Shown: one piece after another, positions 1-8,566 of the stretch | How positions within the stretch are numbered: position 1 is the stretch's first letter | Layout of the letters: the number at the start of each line of letters is the position of its first letter | Origin: an uncultured candidate division WWE3 bacterium | GTDB lineage: Bacteria > Patescibacteriota > WWE3 > UBA101185 > UBA10185 | Direction of reading: 5' to 3' | DNA length: 64,000 nt | Assembly (NCBI GenBank): GCA_903879985.1 | Contig: CAIRNR010000007.1 | Coordinates: forward strand, 649,925 to 713,924 | The notes under the pieces: model-generated | What the model was told of the DNA's origin: nothing | What the model saw: the letters and a program-made list of their open reading frames with translations, nothing else | The model's database searches: none | Program-made: the position numbers and the translations under genes

Positions 1-1053
1 TATGACAAATTAAATCTCACAAGACCAAATAAATTTACAAAGGCCACCGAATACATTGAACAGCAAATAGCTTTGGTTGAGGTATTAGAGAAGAAAGGTT
101 TTACATATCAAACATCTGACGGAATTTATTTTGATACGTCAAAATTCGAAAGTTATGGCCAATTATCAGGAATGAAGGCAGATAACGTTTTAGAAGGCGC
201 ACGTGTTGAAATTAACCCTGAAAAAAAGAATGCCACAGACTTTGCTTTGTGGAAGTTGTCATCTCCTTACGAAAATAGAAGCCAAGAGTGGAAATCCCCA
301 TGGGGAACAGGTTTTCCAGGTTGGCATTTAGAGTGCTCAGCTATGGCATTGTCCGAACTTGGTAGCACTATTGATGTTCACGTTGGTGGCGAAGATCTAC
401 GTATGATTCATCACCAAAATGAAATTGCTCAAAGTGAGTGCGCTACCGAAAAGAAATTTGTTAGATATTGGATTCATTCAGCATTCATGATGGTTGATGG
501 TGGACGTATGAGTAAATCCGGGGGAACAGGGTATCTTTTATCCGATCTTGAGAAGCGTGGTTTTGACCCTATGGCTCTTAGATATTTGTACATGACAACT
601 CATTACAGAAATCAGCTAAACTTCACTTGGGAGGCCATTACATCAGCTCAGAATGCCCTTAAAAAGATATACGACTTAGCTCGTAGTTACAAACACGACG
701 ATCAAACAAAACCTTCACATGATTTTGTAAACAAATTCGCTGCAAGCGTAAGTAATGATGTAAACATGCCGGAAGCCTTGGCTGTTGTTTGGGAATTGTT
801 AAAGAGTGAAACATCTGAGCAGGAAAAATTTGCAACATTAATGGTTATGGACGAGGTTTTAGGCTTAGATATTAAAGGCCATTTAGTTTATGACACTCCG
901 CAGCATATCGTTGACATTGCTAAGACACGTCAAGAATATCGTAAGGCCGGGATTTGGGACAAAGCGGATCAGTTGCGCAAGCAAATTATTGAAGCCGGTT
1001 ATGATATTGAAGATATTCCAAGTGGTACGTATAGGTTGAAGAGGAAGATGTAA
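1..1053 (+). CDS. cysS: cysteinyl-tRNA synthetase, C-terminal part (5' end lies outside window)
   Basis: Frame is open from nt 1 into the listed ORF. Class I aaRS motifs 'HVGGEDLRMIHHQNEIAQSE' and KMSKS-like 'RMSKSGG' are present, with a CysRS-like anticodon-binding tail. Confidence 0.85.
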   Translation, partial: YDKLNLTRPNKFTKATEYIEQQIALVEVLEKKGFTYQTSDGIYFDTSKFESYGQLSGMKADNVLEGARVEINPEKKNATDFALWKLSSPYENRSQEWKSPWGTGFPGWHLECSAMALSELGSTIDVHVGGEDLRMIHHQNEIAQSECATEKKFVRYWIHSAFMMVDGGRMSKSGGTGYLLSDLEKRGFDPMALRYLYMTTHYRNQLNFTWEAITSAQNALKKIYDLARSYKHDDQTKPSHDFVNKFAASVSNDVNMPEALAVVWELLKSETSEQEKFATLMVMDEVLGLDIKGHLVYDTPQHIVDIAKTRQEYRKAGIWDKADQLRKQIIEAGYDIEDIPSGTYRLKRKM

Positions 1054-1059
1054 GTTTTT

Positions 1060-2529
1060 ATGCTGCCTTCTGCCCTTACTTTAGAATCCGCACCTGATAC
1101 TACTTCGGACGCGATTACTTCATTGCAAGAGGTCGCAAGTTCCTATAAATCAAATTTTGAAGCCGATTGGAAAGATATTAGAACCCCGTTGAACACATGG
1201 TTTCGCTCTGATTTTATGCCTTCTGACGCTTTTAAAAAGCCTTCTATGGCTAATTTCTCGACATGTTTAGAAACTATTGAAACCTCTTTAGTTCCTAGCT
1301 ACTTTCATAAACTGTGTGACGAAGGAAAGCCTGTAAAGGAAGCTTTGGGTCAGGCCAGAGAATTATCATTTTTTGCACGACAATCGGCTGTGGCACTAAT
1401 TTTGGATTCCGAACAACTCGCAGAACAAGAAAAGAACAGCATTGCATCATTACACTTGTTACTAACGTTAGGCGATATGAGTCGCCCAAGGGATTCTTTC
1501 CATGTTTTTACTTCTATGGAAAATCAAGACTTTATAAATCTTAGATGTGAGCTACTTAAAGAAGTTGCCGATTTCGGATGGCAGTATCCTCAAGATTTCG
1601 AACATGTTATGGTTGCTGGAAAAAAATTAGGTGACAGTATTTCTGCGTATGCCAAGCATATGCCTGATTTTTCTAACGACGAGCAATCAGCACTTATGGA
1701 TGATCTAAGTGACAATGTCAGAATAAACCGTGGACGTCGTGCAGGGATACGCGGGGAAGTTTTGTCCGCAATAGCTGTTGAAAGTGTCTTAAAGTACAGC
1801 ATAAATTTAAATGAAACAGCAAAATCTCTTGGCATTAAACATTTGAGAGTGCAACAAGCCACTGCTGCAGTTGATGCAATGGGGATAGCCGACTTGGTTA
1901 TTACAGGTGATGTTGGTGGTGTAGAACAACCACTCGTAGTTATTGATGTAAAAGCTGAATTTGACGATACCAGTATGGACGCGTGGATTGTTCATGACAA
2001 CGCAAAAAAGACTGCTGAAAATAAAAGTGATACTCGACCAGAAACTATAACTAAAATAAGTGGCTATCTGCAAAACGCACGCGGATCGGAAGCAGTAGCT
2101 TGCTTTGTTACAGTACCCACAGCAAAAATTCCTGATAGTAGCGCTTATAATATCGAAACAGATGGTGATGATTCCTCTAAAGACTTTCCAAATAGTCATT
2201 TTGTAAAAGAAACGGGAATTCCAGGCGTAAGTATTCGCATTCCTTACTTATGGGTTGCCGAAGGCGGGGATTGTCACTTTGGTTATGCTAAAGATGGTAC
2301 TTCAAAAGACTTACTTGGCATATTGGCAGGTACCCATCTGAGAACGTCATTAACAACCGAAGAAATTGTGCGACCTAAAAATAGGCTGGAAGTGGAGGCA
2401 AATTCGGAAAAAGCTCATTCATTTGATATAATACTGCCTGACAACTTAGAAGGAGTTATTGGGTATTCTTTAAGAAAGGCTCTACAAAGCCGAAAAAATG
2501 TTTTAGATGGAGGCGTTGATGGACGATAA
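1060..2529 (+). CDS. hypothetical protein (489 aa), no recognisable family
   Basis: Long uninterrupted ORF starting 7 nt after the cysS stop, with the same strand and codon style as its neighbours. No motif recognised. Confidence 0.5.
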   Translation: MLPSALTLESAPDTTSDAITSLQEVASSYKSNFEADWKDIRTPLNTWFRSDFMPSDAFKKPSMANFSTCLETIETSLVPSYFHKLCDEGKPVKEALGQARELSFFARQSAVALILDSEQLAEQEKNSIASLHLLLTLGDMSRPRDSFHVFTSMENQDFINLRCELLKEVADFGWQYPQDFEHVMVAGKKLGDSISAYAKHMPDFSNDEQSALMDDLSDNVRINRGRRAGIRGEVLSAIAVESVLKYSINLNETAKSLGIKHLRVQQATAAVDAMGIADLVITGDVGGVEQPLVVIDVKAEFDDTSMDAWIVHDNAKKTAENKSDTRPETITKISGYLQNARGSEAVACFVTVPTAKIPDSSAYNIETDGDDSSKDFPNSHFVKETGIPGVSIRIPYLWVAEGGDCHFGYAKDGTSKDLLGILAGTHLRTSLTTEEIVRPKNRLEVEANSEKAHSFDIILPDNLEGVIGYSLRKALQSRKNVLDGGVDGR

Positions 2530-2677
2530 ACCTCAAGAAAAAGATGAAGAAAATTTTGTGAAATATGCGACCGTAGAGAATTTAGTTCGGCAGAAACAAA
2601 GCCCCGTTAAAATCTTCCAAAAACTGCAAACTGTTTTGGAATCGATTTTCTCGCGTTTTGAGAAGCCGAACGAGTAG
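2519..2677 (+). CDS. possible small ORF (52 aa) overlapping the stop of the upstream gene
   Basis: ATG at 2519 is preceded by a GGAGG Shine-Dalgarno at about -8. Hand translation gives MDDKPQEKDEENFVKYATVENLVRQKQSPVKIFQKLQTVLESIFSRFEKPNE, ending at TAG 2675-2677. It is below the ORF-track length cutoff, and a terminator follows. Confidence 0.2.
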   Translation: MDDKPQEKDEENFVKYATVENLVRQKQSPVKIFQKLQTVLESIFSRFEKPNE

Positions 2678-2701
2678 TAATAAGAAATAAAGTGTTAGTG
2701 A

Positions 2702-2736
2702 ACCCGCGATAAGAAATTATGGCGGGTTTTTTTTGT
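2702..2736 (+). terminator. rho-independent terminator
   Basis: aaCCCGCgataagaaattatgGCGGGtttttttt: a GC stem followed by a run of eight T. Confidence 0.6.
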
Positions 2737-2770
2737 TTCATATAAGTTTGGGCCGGTATATCATATAGCT

Positions 2771-4909
2771 ATGTTATTGTCCGCTGAATTACCAACCGAA
2801 GAATTTACTCCGGAAATACCTTTAGAACAACAGCTATGGCCCGAGGCAATAGAATCCCCCAAAATTAAATTAGATATACCAGAAAATACGGCAACTGATT
2901 TTGCACCCCCTCAAGTAAGTGTTATTTCCGATGAACACATCTCAAATGAGCTAAACATAGACTTAAATATTGATAGGGAATCGTTTTCTCAGGCAAACCA
3001 TGCTTTTCAGAGATTATCCGCAACATATCCATCGGGCATTAAAGTTGGTTTTTCCAACGACTTAGATATTGAGGATATTCCTAAAAGAGACATACGCGAT
3101 TTGGGCGTTATTTTGGATACATGGAACAACGCGAACGAAACTTACTTTTACTTGGACTCTCGTCCTCATCAGTATTTTTACTCGCCAATAAAGGAACAAT
3201 GGGATGACTTAGCAGTTGAGCAGAAAGCACATTTGCGTACAGTTTTAGGTGTTAACTTCGATACACTAGCACAAGATTTCTTTTCTGGTAGTGGAGATGT
3301 ACCCGACGGTATAAGAACCTTACAAGAATTAATTAAAAACCCAGATTTCCAGGAAAAGGAAAACTTAACTAACTATCTGATGCAAGAAGGTTGGTTAGCA
3401 AAAAGAAATTTCTTTAGATCCAACCCAAACGAGGATGAAAACACATATTCGCGGTCACGCTATAGTTACGAATATACAAAATTCGAAATAAATCAACTCT
3501 TATGCTCAGCTGCAGTCGATCTTGCTGAACAAGGAAATAGCGCTCAGTTGGGTACCATATTAGAACATTTTGCTTTCTCAAGAGTACCTTCAGATTCCCG
3601 ATTCAATTTAGGTGATTTTCCAAGTCCTTACGAAGATGCTACAAGCGTATTACTAGACGAAAATCTTTCTTCGGACGGAAGAAGGGTAGTGTTGAAAGAA
3701 TTCGTAAAGGTCTTTGGGCCAATTAGCACTGTTGATACTTTGTCTAACAAGATACATGCTTTAAGTCGTACTGGTAACAATAAAGAAGAATCATATATCA
3801 AAGATTTAATTAACCTTTATTCCTTGATTGAAGGTGAAAATGTTTTAGCACCTATGGAAAAGTTGACTAATGTTTATGACGTTGTTGATTATGCCGCTCT
3901 AGATAGACCTGAACTTACAGCTAAAGAAGCAACAAGATTGGAAGCAGTTGCTAGGTTATTTGCTGAAGGTGCTGAGTACAGTACTGTTGACGGGCATGTA
4001 GTAAAATTTGCTTCCACAGCTCCAGCCAAGGAACAAACAGAAGTAGTAATACTGGACACAGGTGCAGGCAATGCCCGCGTTTCCCGAGAACTTTTTATAC
4101 GTGGCTATAAAAATTGTTCGGCATTAGAATACGACCCAAAAAATATACGTTATGCATTGGAAAAGCGTCCCAGTGAGGATTTTGGGATACTCCGTGGTAG
4201 TTGGCATAACATACCCCTTGCTACGGCTGATTACACAAATATGAATAAAGCTATTGATGTTTGTTTCACTACAGAGAGGTCTTTTTTACATGATCGTACT
4301 GCGGCGGAATGGTTTGGTTTATTTGATGAATTTAGGAGGGTTTCCCATTACAGAGCAATGCTTTATATGGATTTACCCGATATTAATTCCGGTGTTTATA
4401 AAGAACGCGATGATGCTTTTAGAACTAATTTGCGTGAAAATTTAGATATAACCGATAAAGAGAGTCATATTATTTTTGATGGCCCCGGCAAAGTAAAATT
4501 TAATAGGATGGCTATATCAGAAGAGCAATTAGCTATTTATTGTCGACTATTTGGTCTTGTTCAAATTAATAGAGAGGTAGATCCAAGACCTGACGAGGAT
4601 ATGACCGACCTTTATTTCACACTGGCAAAAGATCAAAACTGGCTTTCCGGAGACATCTCCAGAGAGGAGTTATGGAATTCCATGGCAAAGTTAGGTATGT
4701 TCGATTTCGATGTAGATTACAACATGTTTGTGGAATCTTGGGGCATGACAATAGGACAAGCGCTATTGTTTGGTTTGGATACAACAGGTTCTCTCCATAG
4801 TTCTCCATACCTAGAGGATTTGTTCAAAAAGCGAAAAGGTCCAGCGGTTTGGGTTGATAACAAAGGCGGCAGATTGAACTTGAGGTCTGAATGGCCATCT
4901 TATGAATGA
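2771..4909 (+). CDS. large hypothetical protein (712 aa) with an internal class I SAM-dependent methyltransferase-like fold
   Basis: Glycine-rich motif I 'VVILDTGAGNA' lies at about nt 4044-4076. It is followed by an acidic beta2 end ('ALEYD') and 'AIDVCFTTERSFLH' (motif II/III-like). No known family could be assigned to the N- and C-terminal regions. Confidence 0.5.
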   Translation: MLLSAELPTEEFTPEIPLEQQLWPEAIESPKIKLDIPENTATDFAPPQVSVISDEHISNELNIDLNIDRESFSQANHAFQRLSATYPSGIKVGFSNDLDIEDIPKRDIRDLGVILDTWNNANETYFYLDSRPHQYFYSPIKEQWDDLAVEQKAHLRTVLGVNFDTLAQDFFSGSGDVPDGIRTLQELIKNPDFQEKENLTNYLMQEGWLAKRNFFRSNPNEDENTYSRSRYSYEYTKFEINQLLCSAAVDLAEQGNSAQLGTILEHFAFSRVPSDSRFNLGDFPSPYEDATSVLLDENLSSDGRRVVLKEFVKVFGPISTVDTLSNKIHALSRTGNNKEESYIKDLINLYSLIEGENVLAPMEKLTNVYDVVDYAALDRPELTAKEATRLEAVARLFAEGAEYSTVDGHVVKFASTAPAKEQTEVVILDTGAGNARVSRELFIRGYKNCSALEYDPKNIRYALEKRPSEDFGILRGSWHNIPLATADYTNMNKAIDVCFTTERSFLHDRTAAEWFGLFDEFRRVSHYRAMLYMDLPDINSGVYKERDDAFRTNLRENLDITDKESHIIFDGPGKVKFNRMAISEEQLAIYCRLFGLVQINREVDPRPDEDMTDLYFTLAKDQNWLSGDISREELWNSMAKLGMFDFDVDYNMFVESWGMTIGQALLFGLDTTGSLHSSPYLEDLFKKRKGPAVWVDNKGGRLNLRSEWPSYE

Positions 4910-5679
4910 TTGGTTTTAGTATAATCGTCTGCTTTTTCCCAAGCCAAAGTAAACATTGCTCTCATTGTATTGGCAATAAGGTCGTTTTGAACTATAATTC
5001 CCACTAAGTCGCCATCTTTGTGAAAGTTAATGAATGCGACTTTACTGCTATAAATGTCTACTTCAATACCAATAGGGAACTTCTCTTTTGGTACAACTCT
5101 TGTTTCACGCTTTTCCTTTTCATTTTTACTGATATATGTTTTGGTTTTTGCGTCCTCTGCAACGATAACTTTAGCCCAAATGTTAGCCACAGCTCTTTCC
5201 TTTCCATATGTGTGCGAAAGCCATTCATACACCTTTGGATCAACCTCTGATGTTTGTAGAATCGCCCAAATCTCTTTACCCTCTTTAAGAGTGTCGTTGT
5301 AGACCTCTTTAATGCCATTGATTCCTTCATATATCTTCACACCGGGTTTATTATCAGTTGTTTTGAATGCCGTAATTAGCTGGGGTAGGTAAGTCTGCAG
5401 AGTTAGTTGGTGGTTTTGAGCTTCTTTTAACTGTTCCTCTACGAGTTCTGAAAGTTTGTAAGGATGTTCGGCACGGAAGTGAAGCTTCTTTTTAATTTTT
5501 AATTGAGAGGCAAGTCCTTTATTTTGAAGATCATACAGAGTTTTATAAACAATTCCTCTTTTCAATCCAGATTTTTTAATAATATCTAAGACTGGCAAAA
5601 TGCCCTGTTCGAGCAAGATGTCATAAACAATTGCTTCTTTATCTTTTAGCCCTGATTCTTTGAGAGTTTTTGAATACAT
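4900..5679 (-). CDS. TrmB-like winged-helix transcriptional regulator
   Basis: N-terminal wHTH 'EAIVYDILLEQGILPVLDIIKKSGLKRGIVYKTLYDLQNKGL' followed by a ~180 aa C-terminal domain. This resembles TrmB-family regulators. Confidence 0.5.
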   Translation of the reverse strand: MYSKTLKESGLKDKEAIVYDILLEQGILPVLDIIKKSGLKRGIVYKTLYDLQNKGLASQLKIKKKLHFRAEHPYKLSELVEEQLKEAQNHQLTLQTYLPQLITAFKTTDNKPGVKIYEGINGIKEVYNDTLKEGKEIWAILQTSEVDPKVYEWLSHTYGKERAVANIWAKVIVAEDAKTKTYISKNEKEKRETRVVPKEKFPIGIEVDIYSSKVAFINFHKDGDLVGIIVQNDLIANTMRAMFTLAWEKADDYTKTNHS

Positions 5680-5739
5680 AACTAATATAAACGTAGCAAA
5701 GTTCTAATACTGTGTCAACATGTTAATTGTCAAAACAAT

Positions 5740-5768
5740 TTGACGTATCCTGTAACCCGTAGTAATAT
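5740..5768 (+). promoter_or_regulatory. sigma70-like promoter (TTGACG-17-TAATAT)
   Basis: Hexamers read directly, with a 17-nt spacer. It sits upstream of a second, stronger promoter. Confidence 0.35.
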
Positions 5769-5828
5769 GTGTTAAGTAAAAAAAGGGAAATACCCCTGAG
5801 TGCTCGCAGGAAATGTTATCAAAGTGAC

Positions 5829-5857
5829 TTGACAGGACATGAACTATAGGGTACAAT
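5829..5857 (+). promoter_or_regulatory. near-consensus sigma70 promoter (TTGACA-17-TACAAT)
   Basis: TTGACA at 5829-5834, a 17-nt spacer, and TACAAT at 5852-5857. No ORF lies downstream before the terminator at ~6043. Confidence 0.5.
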
Positions 5858-5863
5858 GGTTTT

Positions 5864-6043
5864 AGAAGGTTGAAGCAGAGTACATTCAAAACTAAATATA
5901 GAAACCGTTTATTTAAGGAGAGAACCTAACGTCTCAAGCCTAATAGAATAAATATAGTGCAATTAAAAAGGCCGAGATTTGGTGAGAAGCTATAAAGCGT
6001 AATGCTGTAGCGTATTTTCCTCAGATCTCGGCTTTATTTTTTT
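5864..6043 (+). ncRNA. candidate small non-coding RNA (~180 nt), family unknown
   Basis: Bounded by the consensus promoter at 5829-5857 and an intrinsic terminator (GCCGAGAT ... ATCTCGGC plus a T-run). It has no ORF or RBS and lies in a 730-bp non-coding gap. Confidence 0.3.
5964..6043 (+). terminator. intrinsic terminator with a long loop (possibly a structured RNA 3' domain)
   Basis: An A-run precedes GCCGAGAT (5970-5977). This pairs with ATCTCGGC (6023-6030), followed by TTTATTTTTTT. Confidence 0.45.
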
Positions 6044-6407
6044 CCTCATATTGTTCTTAGCCAGAAACCTACCTGTAAGGTACGGAAATACTGTTAATAC
6101 CCAAATCGGAAGCAATATGCTGTCCAACAAAAAGGGAGAGAGTTTAACAGGGTCTACCGACCATTACAGATAGATTTTTGCCTATGACAAAGTGTGTCAA
6201 GACAATTAGAAGGAGAGTACGTTGAAAATCGAATACTAATTATCAGAATTTTAGATTTTGACAACAGGGGAGTGAAGCATGTTTTGGATTAAGCCTTAGC
6301 GTGTTTTTCTCCCTGAGTTGTGGCTCCGTAGCAGCTTTTAACTTGCAGTTAGTATTTGCGGGTTTGAGGGTTGGTATGGGAAGTAATCAATATAGAAATG
6401 AAACCAA

Positions 6408-6812
6408 ATGAAAAAGGAGAGTGTTATGTTAGTAAAACAGATAAAAACAAGAAATGCCCATGTTGCAAGCGTTCAGACGTGGGGCGGGGGTTTGAGGGAA
6501 AACGACGACGACTGCTATGAAGCAGCTTTTTTCCCGAATTCTATCTCCGCGGTTATCGGGCTGGTTGAAGAGAGGGACACCTGGTTAATTAGTCAATTTA
6601 AGGTTAAACCAGGTGAAATTTTTTACCAAGGAGTGTGGTGTGATGACGATAGGGTCGGGGGTTGTATTTCCGATGATCGTAATGGAAAAAAGCCTTTCAT
6701 GGACCAGGCACCTGCACCAAATAATTATTTTGGTAATTGGGAGTGTGTCATAGCCGGAAACAATAATTCCGACTTTTCACAATTACCACCAGTTTCACAG
6801 TTTTTTTCATAA
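6408..6812 (+). CDS. hypothetical protein A (134 aa), first gene of a higher-GC accessory block
   Basis: RBS AAAGGAGAG precedes the ATG. Cys/Trp-rich and Gly/Asp-rich sequence with no family assigned. Followed by a conserved hairpin. Confidence 0.45.
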   Translation: MKKESVMLVKQIKTRNAHVASVQTWGGGLRENDDDCYEAAFFPNSISAVIGLVEERDTWLISQFKVKPGEIFYQGVWCDDDRVGGCISDDRNGKKPFMDQAPAPNNYFGNWECVIAGNNNSDFSQLPPVSQFFS

Positions 6813-6989
6813 TCTTTATTTAACAAGGAGGTACTTGGAAGCTTAACAGCGCCAATTACCTCCTAAGTTCTTTCATTAATATTGAATTCCCCGATGTTGT
6901 TCTAAGAACATAGAGCTATTACGGGAAATTTAAATGAAAGTTAACCTTGTCCAAGATTAGGGCATTGTATTAAAAAAGGAGAAACATAA
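6813..6989 (+). repeat. repeat module copy 1: terminator-like hairpin plus ~125-bp conserved leader with a palindrome
   Basis: The hairpin AGGAGGTAcTTGG-13nt-CCAAtTACCTCCT lies at 6826-6864. The leader that follows is near-identical to 8396-8566 and contains the TGTTCTaAGAACA inverted repeat plus RBS AAGGAG. Confidence 0.7.
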
Positions 6990-7592
6990 ATGAAAGCAAC
7001 AATAAGTTCTAAATTGTTTGCGGCTTTGGAAGCAACGGTTCGGGAAGTAGAAGTTCCTGTTGCTGATTTGCTTCGTGACCTGAAAGCGTTTACCGTTACT
7101 AAGGTGGCTGGAACAGACGTGGAACAAGCTCTGGTGTATGTCCTGAATCAGGAGGAAGGTTTTACTAATCTTTCGAAGGATTTTGTAGACGCTACCTTTC
7201 TTATGAGCTGGCCTGCGATAAAAGATGGAACAATATTTGTTAAGGATGAATTCGAAATACCTGAATTTGGTCCTGTTGTAAGGCATGTAAGTATTTCCAA
7301 CCTATATATAGGAGGAAAGTTTGATAATGGTCAGGCAAAAGAATTGGCTCAAGCGGTATATACGGTAATCCAATACGCTTGGATACGAAGTCATCCAAGG
7401 GATGATATGCCTCAAATAACTCCAATTTGGGAGCTGAACCTCCGAGGATTTCTCTTTCGAGAAAATGTCGTCCGGGGTGGAAGTGGATCACGCGAAGTCG
7501 CATTTGTGCTGACCGAAGAAATGGCTTTGATAAACGCTGCGGCCGAAGCTTGTAAAAAACTGGACCCTAGGCTCGCGCTTTGGACTTTTTGA
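6990..7592 (+). CDS. hypothetical protein B1 (200 aa), paralog of 8567..9205
   Basis: Shares the motifs 'VLNQEEG', 'WPAI' and 'W-I-R/K-S/T-HPR' with B2 at roughly 35% identity. Its leader is identical to that of B2. Confidence 0.55.
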   Translation: MKATISSKLFAALEATVREVEVPVADLLRDLKAFTVTKVAGTDVEQALVYVLNQEEGFTNLSKDFVDATFLMSWPAIKDGTIFVKDEFEIPEFGPVVRHVSISNLYIGGKFDNGQAKELAQAVYTVIQYAWIRSHPRDDMPQITPIWELNLRGFLFRENVVRGGSGSREVAFVLTEEMALINAAAEACKKLDPRLALWTF

Positions 7593-7663
7593 ACTAATAA
7601 ATTCTAAACTGCTATAAAAACCAAAATATTCTATAAACAAAATGATGTAAGGAGATAAATATA

Positions 7664-8395
7664 ATGTCAGGAAACATTTGGACTCTATTTGATGATGGAC
7701 AGCGGAGGATTGAATTTCAAAGTCTCCCTTTTGGCGCCAAAATAACCGCTTTCAATGATAAACCGGTTTTGGCCGAAGATGTTATTGTTTATGAGATTCC
7801 GTCTCAGGAGGATGGTATTCTTTCTAGGTTGGGAATTGTGATCATGCCCGCAGAGCTTCCAATGCACGCCTACGTAGTAGCGCATGCTTATGAAATGGGC
7901 GTTGTACGTACCTGCCTTTATTGGAATTGGTTCGAAGGTATGGAAGTTATCAAAGGACTTTTTGCATCCATTGGTAAAGAAATGTCTATACTACCTGTTA
8001 CTCCAATGTCCTTGCCCGATCCTAATAAGGAATTGCCACTTAGCTATGTGACAACGTTGGGAGAAGGTATTACCAAGAAGGATACGGTATCATCCGCGGA
8101 TGCCTTTTGGTGGAGGACGCCTTCTTACCCATCTTCCGTGTGGAGCTTGAAAACTTTCGAGCTGCTGGGTTTAACTGGTACTGACCAAGAAATTATGGCT
8201 ACCCTAGAGCCGCACGACGGTGGTTGGAACTCACCTTTAGGTCAATTTGTTTCAGTAGTGGGGGACCTGTTATATGATTTTGAGCACGGTCACCTAAATG
8301 GCTATTGCACGTTGCACCTTGATTTACAGCAGCCGCTTCTTATTGAAGAATGCCGTCTCTTGATTAAGGAACTGCGAGAAGAGCTATATAAATAA
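7664..8395 (+). CDS. hypothetical protein C (243 aa)
   Basis: RBS AAGGAGA precedes the ATG. Starts 71 nt after B1 with no intervening hairpin, so it is likely co-transcribed. No family assigned. Confidence 0.5.
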   Translation: MSGNIWTLFDDGQRRIEFQSLPFGAKITAFNDKPVLAEDVIVYEIPSQEDGILSRLGIVIMPAELPMHAYVVAHAYEMGVVRTCLYWNWFEGMEVIKGLFASIGKEMSILPVTPMSLPDPNKELPLSYVTTLGEGITKKDTVSSADAFWWRTPSYPSSVWSLKTFELLGLTGTDQEIMATLEPHDGGWNSPLGQFVSVVGDLLYDFEHGHLNGYCTLHLDLQQPLLIEECRLLIKELREELYK

Positions 8396-8566
8396 TTTTT
8401 ATCTAACAGGGAGGTACTTGGAAGCTTAACAGCACCAATTACCTCCTTAGTTCTTTAATATTGAATTCCCCGATGTTGTTCTAAGAACATAGAGCTATTA
8501 CGGGAAATTTAAATGAAAGTTAACCTTGTCCAAGATTAGGGCATTGTATTAAAAAGGAGAGGAATT
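8396..8566 (+). repeat. repeat module copy 2 (hairpin plus conserved leader)
   Basis: Hairpin at 8409-8447. The leader is near-identical to copy 1 over about 120 nt, including the TGTTCTaAGAACA palindrome. Confidence 0.7.

Noticed and set aside
1295-2199. Antisense ORFs (64, 90 and 130 aa) inside the 489-aa gene. Similar antisense ORFs occur inside ctpA, htrA, dnaB, gyrA, hppA and the giant surface gene.
   Set aside because: They are fully embedded opposite long coding frames. Their composition is Cys/Phe-rich, as expected for antisense translation of AT-rich codons. No RBS is present.
5704-5889. 61-aa minus-strand ORF in the promoter-rich gap
   Set aside because: It overlaps two consensus + strand promoters and has no RBS or start context. 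It is most likely spurious.
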